This document shows, in pieces, positions 13,117 through 27,587 of a stretch of DNA of 64,000 nt. Position 1 is the first letter of the stretch. Every line of letters begins with the position of its first letter. This stretch comes from Octopus vulgaris. Taxonomy: Eukaryota. The translations under genes were made by a program, and so were the position numbers. The stretch lies in the NCBI GenBank assembly GCA_951406725.2, contig OX597826.1, forward strand, positions 4,402,001-4,466,000. The letters run 5' to 3'. The notes under the pieces are model-generated. The model saw only the letters and a program-made list of their open reading frames with translations, was not told the origin of the DNA and searched no databases.

Positions 13117-13756
13117 ACAGGTGGTGGATTAGTAGAACTTTTAGGGCATTGGAAAACATGCTTTGTTGTATTTATTCCAGCTCTTTACATTCTCGGTTCA
13201 AATCCCGCCTAGGTCAGGTTTACCTTTCATGACTCTGAGCTTGACAAAATTAAGCATCAAGTACCCAATCAAGTACTGAAAAACCATTATTGCAACTATT
13301 GCTGCAGTTGTTATCATTGCTGTTGTTCATATCACTACTACTACTACTATAACGATTAATAGTTATTTCACTTTCGCCCTGTTGAATTCAAACATTCAGG
13401 GGAAAAAGAACATTTTCGCATTGCAAATAGGCTGCAAGACGCTTACGTAACTTATCATTTTCATATCATTATTGCAGCATCACTCACTTCCTATATATGC
13501 AGTTTGCTTCGAATATCGGAACCGTGAAACGTGTTCGCCATTTTTAACAGAAACGTTTAATAAATGTCCACTTGTTTTGTTCTTAAGGTTGTATTTTTGT
13601 TACTAAGTTCCTCTTTAATTGTGAATTCCTCCTACATATGAAATGTTTCTGAACCAATCAAGTACTTTTCTGAACCGCATTCTGTATAACATTTATTTGA
13701 ATTCATGTTAATTTATCTGAGTTATTTCCCCATTGTTATTGTACATATTATTGTTC

Positions 13757-13811
<55 letters not shown>

Positions 13812-13813
<2 letters not shown>

Positions 13814-13976
13814 AGCAGAAATGGCTGTGTCGTAAGAAGCTTGCTTCCCAACCACATGGTTCCGAGTTCAGTCTCGATATGTGGCATCTTGGGCAAGTGT
13901 CTTCTACTATACCTTTGGGCTGACCAAATCTTTGTGAATGGATTTGGTAGACGGAAATTGAAAGAAGCCCGTCGTA

Positions 13977-14023
<47 letters not shown>

Positions 14024-14038
14024 ATGTGTGTGTATACG

Positions 14039-14074
<36 letters not shown>

Positions 14075-14250
14075 CGTGTGTGTTTTTGTGTCTGTGTTTA
14101 CATCCCCGTAACTTAGCGTTTCGGCAAAAGATACCGATAGAATAAGTACTAGGCTTACCAGGAATAAGTCCTGGGGTCGATTTATTCTATTAAAAGCGGT
14201 GCTCCAGTATGGCAGCAGTTAAGTTACTGAAACAAGTAAAGGAATAAAAG
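13812..14250 (+). mobile_element. SINE family B
   Basis: Head, (TA)n/(TG)n linker and a tail ending actgaaacaagtaaa. Confidence 0.85.
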
Positions 14251-14830
14251 AATATGTGTATATGTGTTGTACGTTTGTATGAATGTATGTATGTATGCGT
14301 ATATGAGCAGAAATAAATTTAAATATTTCAGAACTGCAGTGAAATTGAAGTAAGAATGTAAACACGTTCTTTCTATTGTTATTCTGTGAAAAAAAAAAAA
14401 AGCAAAAAAAACAAAAAAAACAAGCACTCGTAGTTTTTCTGACGATATTATTCACGGTTTGCTGACCGTTTCTCAGAGAAGACATATTTTACTTTGTTTC
14501 CGAATCAATTGCGCTCAGCTGCTATACATTCACCCCCACCCCACCCCATCCACACACACAAACACGTATTTGAAAGTTGATCAAAAATTTACGGTGGGAG
14601 TGTGTGCATGTGTATGTTTATATATATATATATGAAAACTGAACATGAATTTGAGGGGTTTGTATGTGTGTATATATAATGTACATTTGTGCGTATATAA
14701 ACATGTGTCTGTATACGTGTGTGTGTATATATGTATGTGTATTCATGTATATGTATGGATATGTATGAATTTACAAATATATATATACATGTGTGTGTAT
14801 ATAGACATATACATGTGTATGTATATAGAC

Positions 14831-14884
<54 letters not shown>

Positions 14885-14991
14885 CAGTTGATCATGAATT
14901 TGAGGGGATTGTGTGTGGGTGTGTATAATTTTTTTTTTTTTACATAAGTAACCAGTGAATAATGGAATTCGATCTAATTGACTCTGCTCAC

Positions 14992-15025
14992 CTCACAGAG
15001 TTCGTAGGAAGGGATGTCCCTCTAC
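14992..15025 (-). CDS. Candidate 34-nt exon (phase 1 in, phase 2 out)
   Basis: Minus strand: ttttctttctgatattgatgttcaacacag|GTAGAGGGACATCCCTTCCTACGAACTCTGTGAG|gtgagc. Only phase 1 is open: (G)RGTSLPTNSV(R). It joins 36496-36603 and 5607-5638 in frame. Confidence 0.45.
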
Positions 15026-15176
15026 CTGTGTTGAACATCAATATCAGAAAGAAAATGAATTTCGATATAACACCTGTTATTATCAACATTTCACACCTAA
15101 TTACTTTTTTAATTGTTTTTTTTCTTTTTCTTTTTTTTTTTATTCGGTTACTGGTGTTGTTGAAGAGGTTGGTATT

Positions 15177-15223
<47 letters not shown>

Positions 15224-15346
15224 GTGTGTGTGTGTGTGTGGCGGCGGCGGTAGTCACATTTATGTATTATTTTTGATGTTGTCAATCTGATTTTCATGCT
15301 GTTCATGCGCTTCTAAATTTTGTGGCTTCCAGGATCAGATGTACTT

Positions 15347-15393
15347 TTAACAAACTCTATTGTCAATCTGGCATCGATTTCTCTTCCATGTTT
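15347..15393 (-). CDS. Possible alternative terminal exon
   Basis: Good acceptor ttattttatatatttttgcag|AAACATGG. Phase-1 reading is (E)TWKRNRCQIDNRVC*. No good downstream donor is seen. Confidence 0.25.
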
Positions 15394-17354
15394 CTGCAAA
15401 AATATATAAAATAAGTAAATAAGCAAACAAAAGTAACTGTTTTTTTTTTTAAAAAAACTCAGTAATAATAATTATAGAAATTATCAACCTCATCGTTTTC
15501 ATAGTCGCTTTCACATTTGCAGCTGTTCGTCCCGGTTTATATTAATGCTGCTACTTTTAACAATTGTATTAGTAGTAGCAGCAGCAGCAGCATAGGACAG
15601 GGTGCTGGGAAGTTAATTTCAATAGCATTCTTGATTGGCGACTCATTTATAAATCTATAATTGATATTTTCCCCGAGATTATATATATACGAGCAAGTGT
15701 GGCTGTGTGGTGAGAAGCTTGCAACCCAACCTCGTGGTTCCTCATTCAGTGATAATGCGGGGAACCTTGAGCAGGTGTCTTCTGCTATAACCTTGGCCCG
15801 ACCAAGCAATTCTGAGAGGATTTAGTAGATGGAAACTGAAAGAATCCCACGTGTGTGTGTATCTGTGTGCGTGTCTGATTGTGTGTTTGCGTCGCTTTGT
15901 CCCCACCGCCAAACCTTGACAACAAGTATTAACGCGTTTATGTCCATATGACATAGCGATTCAGCAAAAGAGACTGATAGTACTAGGCCTTAATGTCGTG
16001 GGTCGATCTTTTCGACTAAAACCGTTCAAGTAGGTGCTCCAGCATGGCCGCTGTCAAATAACTAAAACAAATAACCGAGAAAACTAAACGATAATATGTA
16101 TAAAACGTAAACGTCGCCCTTTTCAAGCCTATGGGCCCGGTTTCATGGTTTCTGTGACGTATGTGTCCCCCCCCCCAGCTTGACGGGACGCCAGTCCATC
16201 GTAGCGTTACTCAAGAAACAGGAAGAGAGAGTGAGAGAAAGTTGTGGCGAAAGAATACAACAGGGGTTGCCACCACCCACTGCCGGAGCTTCGTGGAGCT
16301 TTTAGGTGTTTTCGCTCAATAAACGCACAACGCCCGGTCTGGGAATCGAAACCTTGATCCTCCGACCTTAAGTCCGCTGCCCTAACAACTGGGCCATGTA
16401 TGTATGTATATCTGGGAGCGACAGAGAGAGAGAAAGAGAGTCTATGCATGATACACTCATACACATTACCAGCGTTATAAGTTGTGTTGAACAATTTTGA
16501 TTTTATATAACAGAGACACGTGTGAATGTGTATAAGTGTATAGATATATATATATATGAATGTAATTTTTATTTAACAGATTTTATTCGTTATTAAACGG
16601 CTAAAAATGGCTTCCATCGTAAATACTTTTGCTCCCACTCCTGTTCTGACTTTCATTGTTTCGTATGAACCCACATACGAGTTGGTGTAATTTAATGTAC
16701 GAATTTTGTGTTGGTTACCTTTTTGTTTTCATCTGTATATCTGAAAATGTATGCATATCTGCGTGGGAACAGAAAATATATAGAAACGGATATAGCAATA
16801 TTTGCATCTAGATGTCACTACTTTGGCATATATACACATATATATATAACACATGTGTGTATTTTCTGCTGTTGTGTGTATTTGGTGTTATAATAACATT
16901 TGCAAAATCAATTATAAATATTGTTCTAACTATTAATAATAATAATAATCTTCCTACTTATAATCATCAACCATTATCATCATGATCGTCATCACTATTA
17001 TATCACTTTGACTACCAGCGACTTCGTCATCAGTAAGATTACCACTAGCACTACAAATAACAGCATCAGCATCATCGTCGTCACCATCATCGCCATCGTC
17101 CTTGGAGTAATTGTCCTAATTATCATCATCACCATCATCGTCATCATCATCGTCATCATCATCGTCGTCGTCGCGATGACAGCGAAATTAATGACAAGCA
17201 CCAAATGGAAGAACATCTGTAGCTAGTGGCAACTTTAAGAATGACATCAACCTATAGCAGCAACAACAACTAAAACAACACTGACAACAACAAGATGAAC
17301 AGCAACAACAAATTACTTCCTTCCTAAATAAAGGTCATCAGATACCCCACTTCA

Positions 17355-17415
<61 letters not shown>

Positions 17416-17517
17416 GTATGTATATATATAAAATGAATGTATATATATAAAATTAACATTGAACTCTGCAATTTCTCTCCTCAACATCCGACATTAAGCT
17501 GCTGACTTTGCAATAAC

Positions 17518-17582
<65 letters not shown>

Positions 17583-17719
17583 TCATGCATAGTTACATAT
17601 GCATAAATAAATACACAAGTATATACGAACACACACTCTCTAACATACATACATACTTACATTCTTAGATATTTGTACAGATATGAGTATATATATATAT
17701 ATATATACGCAGAAATAGT

Positions 17720-17955
17720 GTGAAGGAGAATATGGACAGCTACTTCGAAACCTCGACTTCTCTGATCGTTTATAAATTCAAATTTATGACAATAATTATT
17801 GATGCAGTTGGCAACGTTTGTAAATGTTTAGGCAGCAATCCTAAAAAGCAAGGTATTTTCAAGCCCAGTAGGCCAAATATTACGTTATCGACAATGACAT
17901 AATGTAAGCGGAACAGTAAAAATATGTAAGATTTTGTTAATATTCATCATGTAAG
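17720..17955 (+). mobile_element. 3' fragment of an RLE-type non-LTR retrotransposon (R4/Dong-like)
   Basis: YKFKFMTIIIDAVGNVCKCL...SGTVKICK resembles the PIIIGALG motif and C-terminus of R4-clade ORFs. Confidence 0.55.
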
Positions 17956-19204
17956 ACATGGCTTTATGGATGCAATTTGGATGACATTAACGATATGTTT
18001 TTGTTAGAAGCCTATTCCATTGTAGGAAGAATTCAAATAATTAAACGCAACAAAGATACATACATACACACGGTGCACATTTACTCATATACAATACTCG
18101 TGTACATACATACAAACATATATGCATACATACGTATAGTCTGTACTGGTTTCAGCGACTATGCATAGGCTCTGCTAGAAAAGCGGGTCCAAGTACCACT
18201 TGCAAATATATTGTCTGTTCTCATTTGTTGAAATGCTACTTGACAAAACATAAAGAAGAGCCAAATTTCTAATATAAGATCCACAAATGTCTTCAAAAGG
18301 AATTTTCAGTTTTCTTTTAAAACCAAAACATTAATGGTCACGAAGGAAAGGGTTTTAACCATAAAGTTGCTTGACCAGAGTAAACCAGGGGTTGAGTAGA
18401 TGTGTATGAACGCACAATCAACGTTTGTAAAATTTCAGCCTGACTTGAAACTTTTAACTTAACATGGCTCAGCTATTTTCATGGCGATTTTCTGAAGTTC
18501 CACCGGGCTTTGTGAGTGTCTATTGAGCGAAAACACCTAAAGCCCCACGAGGCTGTTTCTGTTGTACCTGTATTTTAAAGAGCCAGCCTTGTCACAAACT
18601 ATGTCACACTGAATCTCCCCCGAGAACTACGTTAAGGGTACACGTGTCTATGGAGTACTCAGCCACTTGCACGTTAATTTCACGAGCAGGCTGTTCCGTT
18701 GAATCGGATCTACTGGGGCCCTCGTCGTCGTCACCGACGGAGTGCCATGATATATATATATGCATAAATATATATTTTCTTCGTGGTTTTTCAATTAATG
18801 TTGATTATTAATTTCCTCTTTATATACTGATTCTTTAAAAACATACACCAGGAAAAAGAACAAATATAAGCATAAATATCTAAAGGTGAAATATAAACAC
18901 CTTGCCCTACATTATGTGAAGAGACATATACAGGCCTAATTAGTGGCTGTACTACAGAGAAAAGGTTTCAAATTTTGGCACAAAGCCAGCATATTTGGGG
19001 ACACGGGGATTAGTCACTTACATCACCCTCAGTATTCAACTGGTACTCATTTTGTCGGCCCTGAAAGGATGAAATGCAAAGTCGACCTACGCTGCACTAT
19101 GAAGTTAGATATTGTGCAGGCTGCAAGCTAAGTTGCTGCTTTGTGTTCTGCTGACTTATCTTGGCCATTAGGTGGACTATGACGGTTTTGTCGAAATAAA
19201 TACG

Positions 19205-19447
19205 TACGTATACACAACGTACATATGTATGCATGTATATGTATGTATGTACATGTATGTATATATGTACGTATATATGTATGTATATATATATATGTAT
19301 GTATGTATGTATATATATATATGTATGTATGTATGTATATATATATATATATATATATGCATGTATATATATAGGTATGTATATTTATATGTATGTATAT
19401 ATATATATGTATGCATATATACATGTATATATATGTATATATATATG

Positions 19448-19498
<51 letters not shown>

Positions 19499-19560
19499 GT
19501 GTATATATATGCATGTATGTATATGTATGTCTATATATATATGTATATATATATATGCAT
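19205..19560. repeat. Long compound (AT)n/(ATGT)n microsatellite, representative of dozens in the window
   Basis: Seen directly. Similar tracts lie at 5657-5875, 7040-7375 and 60880-61115. Confidence 0.95.
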
Positions 19561-20663
19561 TTAAATTTATATATAATGGTCTACTACGCATGTATACTTA
19601 CCTTATTATATATATATATAAACATAAATGCATACATAGACACCTAAATGCGCATTTGCGTGTAAGTGGAGGAAGAGACGTGGAGAGAGAGAGAGAAAGG
19701 GAGGTAATTAGTATAGTTCTTTATATTCCCCAGTTATATATTAAATTTACAATAACGCCCTCCTCCCTTACCTCATCCGCACTTACTCACGCTCCTCCCC
19801 CTTCTCCCCCCACTATCTTCAAGTTTTGCTTTAGGATTTTTTTTTCTATACATCCTATGACCAAACGCCTTTCTTTTTTTCCTTAATACTTATATTTTCA
19901 GCATCAGCTTTATATAAAAGTTCAGCTCATTAAGGAGAAGTTAACTTTGGAACAAAGGCAGGAATTTTTTTATTAATTTTTTTTTCTTCTCAGGCACTAA
20001 TTATGGGGTAATTAGCAGTGAATGCTTTCTTTCTCCCTTTTTCTTTCTGCCCTTCTTTATACCATCACGCCATAGTCATCCCCGCTCTATACTTACTGTA
20101 TTATACTATAGCAAACACCATTTCCAAAACAGTCAGCAACACCAGACCAAATCGCACCATATCACATCGCACCACTCCGACCCCCTTCGCCCTAAAATGC
20201 CCTGGAATGCTTGATACTCTATGAAGAACAGCATGATTGTGATAATGGTGGCGGTGGTAATGATGAAAGCGTGGAGGAGAGAGAGAGAGAGAGAGAGAGG
20301 AGGATTATAGGATAGACGTTGATGGTAATGATGATTATGATCATACTGATGATAACGCTGGTTTAATTTCTAGTTTCGTCTTTCAACTAAATTAGATCCT
20401 GCTCAACAATATAACTTTACATACAAACGCGCACGCGCATACACACACACACACTCACACACACATAAACACACACAAACACACAAATATTTATATAGAG
20501 GGGTGGTTGTGTGGGAACAAATTTGCTTCCCAACAACATGACTCCGGTTTCAGTCCCACTGTCTGGCACTTTGTATAATTGTCTCCAATTATAGCCTGGG
20601 ATGGACCACAGCCATATGAGAGAATTTGGTAAATGGAAACAGAAAGAAGCCCCGCGTGTGTTG

Positions 20664-20698
<35 letters not shown>

Positions 20699-20910
20699 AT
20701 ATGCGTGTGTGTGTGTATTTGTGTGTGTGTGTGTGTATTTGTGTGTGTGTGTGTGTATCAGCTCTTATCACAAATTGCGATGGTCAAACACATTTCAGTC
20801 GTGATTAACTTATTTAGTGTGTCTTCCTTTTTTCATGAGGTTAGGGATATTTGATTGCTATTTTTATGAAAACACTGGCTCTCAAGTGGTGTGAACGCGG
20901 TATTTGGTGA

Positions 20911-20979
<69 letters not shown>

Positions 20980-21744
20980 TTATTTATACCACTGGTGTAG
21001 CTAATTTTGGTCGTCTATTTTCCAAATTATACATCCACCCCACACACAAAATAAATCGATTTTATTGAAACAAGAGAGTGGAAGTGAGATAGAGAGAGCT
21101 ACACAGAGAAAGAGAGAGAGAGTCACTACGTGGTTTTCTCTCCGCTAAAAACACCTGCTATATTCTCTCAAATCCCATTGTATTGTCTTCAAATTGGTTG
21201 ATTCGTACTTTGGAAAACGTTGCATAGGTCATTGCTGGAACGTCTTTGATCATAGATTGACTCGATCAAAACTGGTCTGGGCCTAGGCAACAAATCGATT
21301 TTGTCCTTCAACACCACCTTGGTCAATTTTCAGCTTTTATCCTTCCCCACTCCCTTCCTTAGATCGATAAAATAATTTCCAGTTGAGTGCTTGGTTCGAT
21401 TCAATCGACAATACACATCTACTAATATTTGCTGGCTCATATATATATTTTTTTTACCGATATGAAAAATCAATATTCATATCATTATTTTGTCTAGACA
21501 TTCGGACATTTTATTTTTGTTTTTTTATTGTTTGTAAAGCAAATGAGTATCGTAGTTCTTCTTGTCTAACAAGTGACTTAATATAAGACCGTGTGCTAAA
21601 ACTGAAGAAATTACTTTGTGGAAGAACCATTTTAGCATTCTAAAATCACTCCGCCAAACTGTTGAATTCACTATTAAATAGTTCTTGAGGTTTCTAAATT
21701 ACTATATTCTCTCGTATACAATTCGACGTATTATTCAGTATAAA

Positions 21745-21959
21745 TATTCTTTTCTACTCTAGGCACAAATCCTGGAATTTGGGGGGAGAGGGGCAGTCGA
21801 TTAGATCGACTCCAGTACGCAACTGGTGCTTAATTTATCGACTCCGACAGGATGAAAGGCAAAGTCGACCTCGGCGGAATTTGAACTCAGAACGTAACGG
21901 CAGACGAAATACGGCTACGCATTTCGCCCGGTTTGCTAACGTTCTGCCAGCTCGCCGCC
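21745..21959 (-). mobile_element. SINE family A
   Basis: Matches family A in reverse and carries the alternative tail (ggccttgtgcctagagtagaaaagaa type). Confidence 0.9.
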
Positions 21960-22398
21960 TTATTCAGTATATTTTAACATTGTAAATAGCTTTCAAAATC
22001 CTGCTCATTTAACATGAAGTTCTGGGTACTTTAAATTCACCTTGGTTTATAAATCGACCGACCAAATTTTGACTAATTTTTAGCCTGAAAAAGATCGTCT
22101 TCTGCGGCGGTAGTAGATCTATGTTAGTGAGCAGATCCCAGAGGTTTGAGAAAAATTTTGACCACCTTATGACGTAAATGAAAAATGAATTTGTTTTTTA
22201 TATAGATAAGATAGCTTTTCCACAGTGCTTCGTAACTCAGAAAAATCGATATAAAATGAACCGAATCGTATACTATCTTATTTTCATATTTATCGATTTC
22301 TAATGTAAAGCTACGGTGGCAAATTAATTAAGGCTGTAAAATAATAATTAGAAATTTTTATACGCAATAGAGATTAAACTGATGAAAAAAAAAAACGA

Positions 22399-22444
<46 letters not shown>

Positions 22445-22589
22445 AAATATTTATCGAAACCGATGTTGTGTACGCACTTTCCTGAGATTATCACCTTCTA
22501 TGTTAGAGAGTAGGCTCATTGCAATCGGTAGCTAATGGGTAAGCAAGTCGTGAGATCTTATTTTATCATTGGTATTGTGTTGGGTGAAT

Positions 22590-22812
22590 GTGGTGAGCTG
22601 GCAGAAGCGTTAGCACGCCGGGCAAAATGCTTATCGGTATTTCGTCTGCGTTCTGAGTTCAAATTCCGCCGAGGTCGACTTTGCCTTTCATCCTTTCGGT
22701 GTCGATTAAATAAGTACCAGTTACGCACTGGGGTAGATATAATCGACTTAATCCATTTGTCTGTCCTTGTTTGTCCTCTCTATGTTTAGCCCCTTGTGGG
22801 TAGTAAAGAAAT
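22590..22812 (+). mobile_element. SINE family A
   Basis: Family A sequence flanked by ggtattgtgttgg direct repeats. Confidence 0.9.
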
Positions 22813-23139
22813 AGGTATTGTGTTGGCTTAGCTCTCAATAAATAAATATATACATATGTTTTCATCGGTGGCTAGAAATCATCGTATCATAGAGCTAGTA
22901 GTACGCCGTTCACAGAAATTATACATAAAGTGAGTGGACAAACGCTCACCACGTTTGGTAGGTGTTACATATATTATTTAGTAACAGTTTGGTTCGGCTC
23001 CATGCAACTTAATGTTATTCAGGGTAAACTTACTGAATCAGTTATATAAACCCTGAAGAGCCGGCTTCGTTTTATGAGCCAATGAATTTTAAAGTTGCAT
23101 GGTGCGAATTAAATGGTTATTAAATAATAGGTAGCTAGC

Positions 23140-23170
23140 TAGAAAGATAGATAGATTAAGAGAGAGAGAA

Positions 23171-23217
<47 letters not shown>

Positions 23218-23246
23218 TAGATAGATAGATAGATAGATAAAGACAG

Positions 23247-23284
<38 letters not shown>

Positions 23285-23356
23285 AGGCAGAGATAGATAG
23301 ATAGATAGATAGATAAAGACAGAAAGAGATAGATAGATAGATTGATTAAGAGAGCG

Positions 23357-23388
<32 letters not shown>

Positions 23389-23402
23389 TGATTAAGAGAG
23401 CG

Positions 23403-23450
<48 letters not shown>

Positions 23451-23595
23451 TGATTAAGAGAGCGAGATAGATAGATAGATAGATTGATTAAGAGAGCGAG
23501 ATAGATAGATTGATTGATAGACAGCTAGACAGATTAATTGATTGAGAGAGAGAGAGAGAGAGAGAAAGGAATAGATAGATTAAAAGAGAGAGGGA
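23140..23595. repeat. (GATA)n microsatellite with recurring gattgattaagagagcga interruptions
   Basis: Seen directly. Confidence 0.95.
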
Positions 23596-24327
23596 TTAAA
23601 AGATAGATATACACAGATACTTTGTTCCTTTGTTTCTGCTGAACACAGACACATACAATGGATAAAATGCTGTAGTAATCATTTCAATATGGCATAGAAT
23701 TAAAATGTAAAACGGACAGTGGAGACAGAACAAATTAGATGAACGAGCTAAGATAGTAAGAAATGAAAGAAGAAAAAGCAAGAGATGCAGAAAAAATATA
23801 ATGGCAAATTCTGAAAGAAAATAAAGACAGTTAGCAATTTATACCGATATAGTAACATGTTGTTTTTAATATAAATTGAAATGTTTGTCTAATCTCAAGG
23901 GTGAAAGAAATATCAAAAGCGGTGATAATAAGTACAGCAGAATCTTATGCTATCATTTTTTTCTCTTTTGCGTATTTAATACGTTTCTGTGTGTGTATCT
24001 GGGTGTACATATGTATTAATATACTCACACATTTATCTATATGTATTACACGGTCGTACAATAATCAGATATGTAAGTTTAATTTGCGAGCGTATATTTT
24101 AGTAAATATACATCGTATTTTCGCTGTGTAAGTAAACACGTTCGTTTTCTTTTTTTTCTATCTACAGCTTGCTAAAGAATTAGATATATCGAGTCCTCTC
24201 TGTCTTCAAGCAATGAGAAATTACTGACGAAACGGCAACAAGAACTGAAACCAACGTGGTCATGGATGGAAATCCACTAATTTATCTACGCTATTTAGTT
24301 TTTATTGCTAGCCTAAAATATACGTAC

Positions 24328-25080
24328 CTTTTACTTGTTTCAGTTATTTGACTATGGCCATGCTGGGGCACCGCCTTGAAGGGATTTAGTCGAATAAATC
24401 GCCCCTAGTACTTATTCTATTGGCCCCTTTTTGTCAAATCGCTAAGTTACTGAGAGGTAAACACACGATCACGGTGATATATATATATATATATACGACG
24501 GAATTCTTTCCGTTTCCGTCTACCAAATCCACTCACAAGGCTTTGATCGGCCTCAGGCTATAGTAGAAGACACTTGCTAAAGGTGTCACACACTTGGATT
24601 GAACCTGCAACCATGTGGTTGAACAGATTTTTAGCACACAGCCATACCTGCGTCTATTACTCTTTTACTCGTTTACTTGTTTCAGTCAGTTGACTTTGGC
24701 CATGCCGGAGCACCACCTTTATTCGAGCAAATCGACCCCAGGACTTATTTTTTGTAAGCTTAGTACTTATTATATCGGTGACTTTTGTCGAACCGCTAAG
24801 TTTCGGTGACGTAAACACACCAGCATCAGTTTTCTAGTGGGGTTTTTTTTTTGGGGGGGGGGGGCGAACACAGACACACAAACATACACACACACACACA
24901 CACATATACATATATACAACGGGCTTCCTTCAGTTTCCTTCTATCAAATCCACTCACAAGGTTTTGGTCGGTCCGAGGCTATATTAGAAGACACCTGCCC
25001 AAGGTGCCACGCAGTGGAACTGAACCTGGAACCATGTGGTTGGTAAGCAAGCTACTTACCACACAGCCACTCCTACGCCT
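24328..25080 (-). mobile_element. Two adjacent SINE family B copies
   Basis: Reverse-complement matches to 13812-14250. Confidence 0.85.
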
Positions 25081-25816
25081 ATTGTTTGCTTTTATTGGGT
25101 CGAACAGTCCAGGTCGAGGAAACCAAAATGCCTGTCAAGCACGGTGGTTTTTATCAACTAACCTCTTTTAAATTTGCTGGCTTTGTGCCAAAGTTTGATA
25201 CAAATATTAACCATTTTTAAAACCGGGGTTGCTGGCAAAATTGTCAACCTGCCGGTCCAAAAGATTTTTCGGCATTCCTTCCGATACTTACTGTCTGAGT
25301 TCAAATCTCATCACGGTCAACTTTGCTGTAACCCTTTCGTATCTGTAAAATAAAGTACTACGCAAGTAGTGAAGTCGAAGTATTCGACTTATCCCCTCTA
25401 CTTTAAAATGCCAGCCTTGTGCCAAAATTAGTAATAAGAATTATCATTAATGTAATAATTGCGGTTACTATAATTTTTTTTTTTAAATTATAGGTTATTA
25501 AAAACACATTACTTTCGCTAAAGTGAGAGAGAGAGAAAGAGTGGAGAGTTTGGTCCGAATGACTGAGCATAGACGCTGTAGGAATCTTGTATATAGAAAA
25601 CAGCTATGAGAAATCACACTTGATTTTCGTAGTAATGGTAATCCGAGATCTGAAGGATTCCTTGATTGGTTCCAGCTGGCTGACCCCTATTGAGACGTTT
25701 CCTTCCGCTTTCTTCTGCAATGCTTCCTCGTGCCCGATTCTATGAACACTCATCTCCCACTAAGTATTGTAACGTGTCCTGTCTTTCAAATTAAAAAGTA
25801 AGTAGTAGTAGTAGTG

Positions 25817-25863
<47 letters not shown>

Positions 25864-26117
25864 CACTAGTCGCGGCAGAAACAATGATAACAATGGTAGT
25901 TTCTTCATAAGCTCAAGATGAGAAATCTTTCCTCTTTTATTGTACTTGTTTTAGTCATTACACTGCGGCCATGCTGGGGCACCACCTTGGAGATTTTTTG
26001 CAGCCGAATGAATCGCCTCCTGTACTTACTGTTTTAAGCTTGGTAATTATTCGATCGGGCCATTTTGCCGAACCTCTATGTTATTGCAGTGACTTAAGCG
26101 CACCAGCACCGGTTGTC

Positions 26118-26169
<52 letters not shown>

Positions 26170-26978
26170 GTGTAGCACGAGCTCCTTTCAGTTTCAGCCA
26201 ACCAAATCTACTCATAAGGCTTCGGTTTCCCCGGAAGCTATAGTAGAAGATACTTGCCCAAGGTGTCAGGCAGTGAGACTGAACCCAGAACCATGTAGTT
26301 GAGAAGAAAGTTTCTTACACACGGCCACGCCTGCGCCTATTTAAGCGACTGGTGAATTATATTCAGTGCAGCACTAGAATGGTATGCAATTCATCGACCA
26401 TGGATGGATACAAAGCAGAACGGATAACGGTGAAATTCGAATTCACAATGCAAAAAGCCAAGCATCTCATCCGATGCCTTAACTAATCTGCTAATTCTTC
26501 GAGTTTACGCGTTTCTCCTTCTACACCAAATCAACGCAATTTTCTGACCAGATTCAGTCTAGCTTTTTATCTTTCACTACGTCTGTCAATACACAAAAGT
26601 AATTGGATGTAACTCTCCTAGCAAAAACATCTATTGTTCAATTTTCTTGGATTGAGGATTTTACAAGAATAAAGTAAATTTTACCGAGTTCGATTATATC
26701 GAATTGTACATAACCTCTGCTGGCAGGTTTCCAAATTGAAAAAAGAAAATATATGTACACAAAATTTAGTTATTTTTTTTATGTATTTATTCATTATTTT
26801 TTTTTTTTTGCCATGATTTAAATTGAAACATTTAAAGAGAAAACTTGAACGAAAATGCAACAACAAAACCAAAAAAAAAAAATACCTTGATCTACTTACA
26901 AAATAGTTTAAAGCTACCAGACATTCAGGTAGACAACGAGGTAGTCATACTGGTTAAGAGAAGTGTATATGGGTGCGA

Positions 26979-27020
<42 letters not shown>

Positions 27021-27281
27021 TATATATATGTATGTATGTATGTATGTTTGTATGTATGTATGTATGTATGTATGTATGTATGTACACTCACACGTATGTG
27101 TAGACAGACTAACAAAGGAAGAGAAACCAGACAGACAACTCTAAAACCTATCATTAAATCTACAAAGACTTAACTGTAATTCTGTGTAAGGAGCGGATAT
27201 TTAATCGCAGTACCGTAGTCATGAGCAGCAGATGCGTATGAACTGTATCATTTTTCCACCACAAACAATCCTGATCATTCA

Positions 27282-27337
<56 letters not shown>

Positions 27338-27553
27338 GGCGGTGAACTGGCAGAATCTTTAGCACACCGGGCAAAATGCCTGGTGAGTATTTCGTCCGTC
27401 TTTACTTTCTGAGTTCAAATTACGCTGAGGTCGACTTTACCTTTCATCCTTTCGGGGTCTATAAATTATGAACTAATTGCGTATTGGGGTCGATATAATC
27501 GAATGCTACCCCTCTCCCACAAAATTTCAGTCTCTGTGCCTACAGTAGAAAGG

Positions 27554-27556
<3 letters not shown>
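27338..27556 (+). mobile_element. SINE family A within an (ATT)n tract
   Basis: Family A head and body, moderately diverged. Confidence 0.85.
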
Positions 27557-27587
<31 letters not shown>

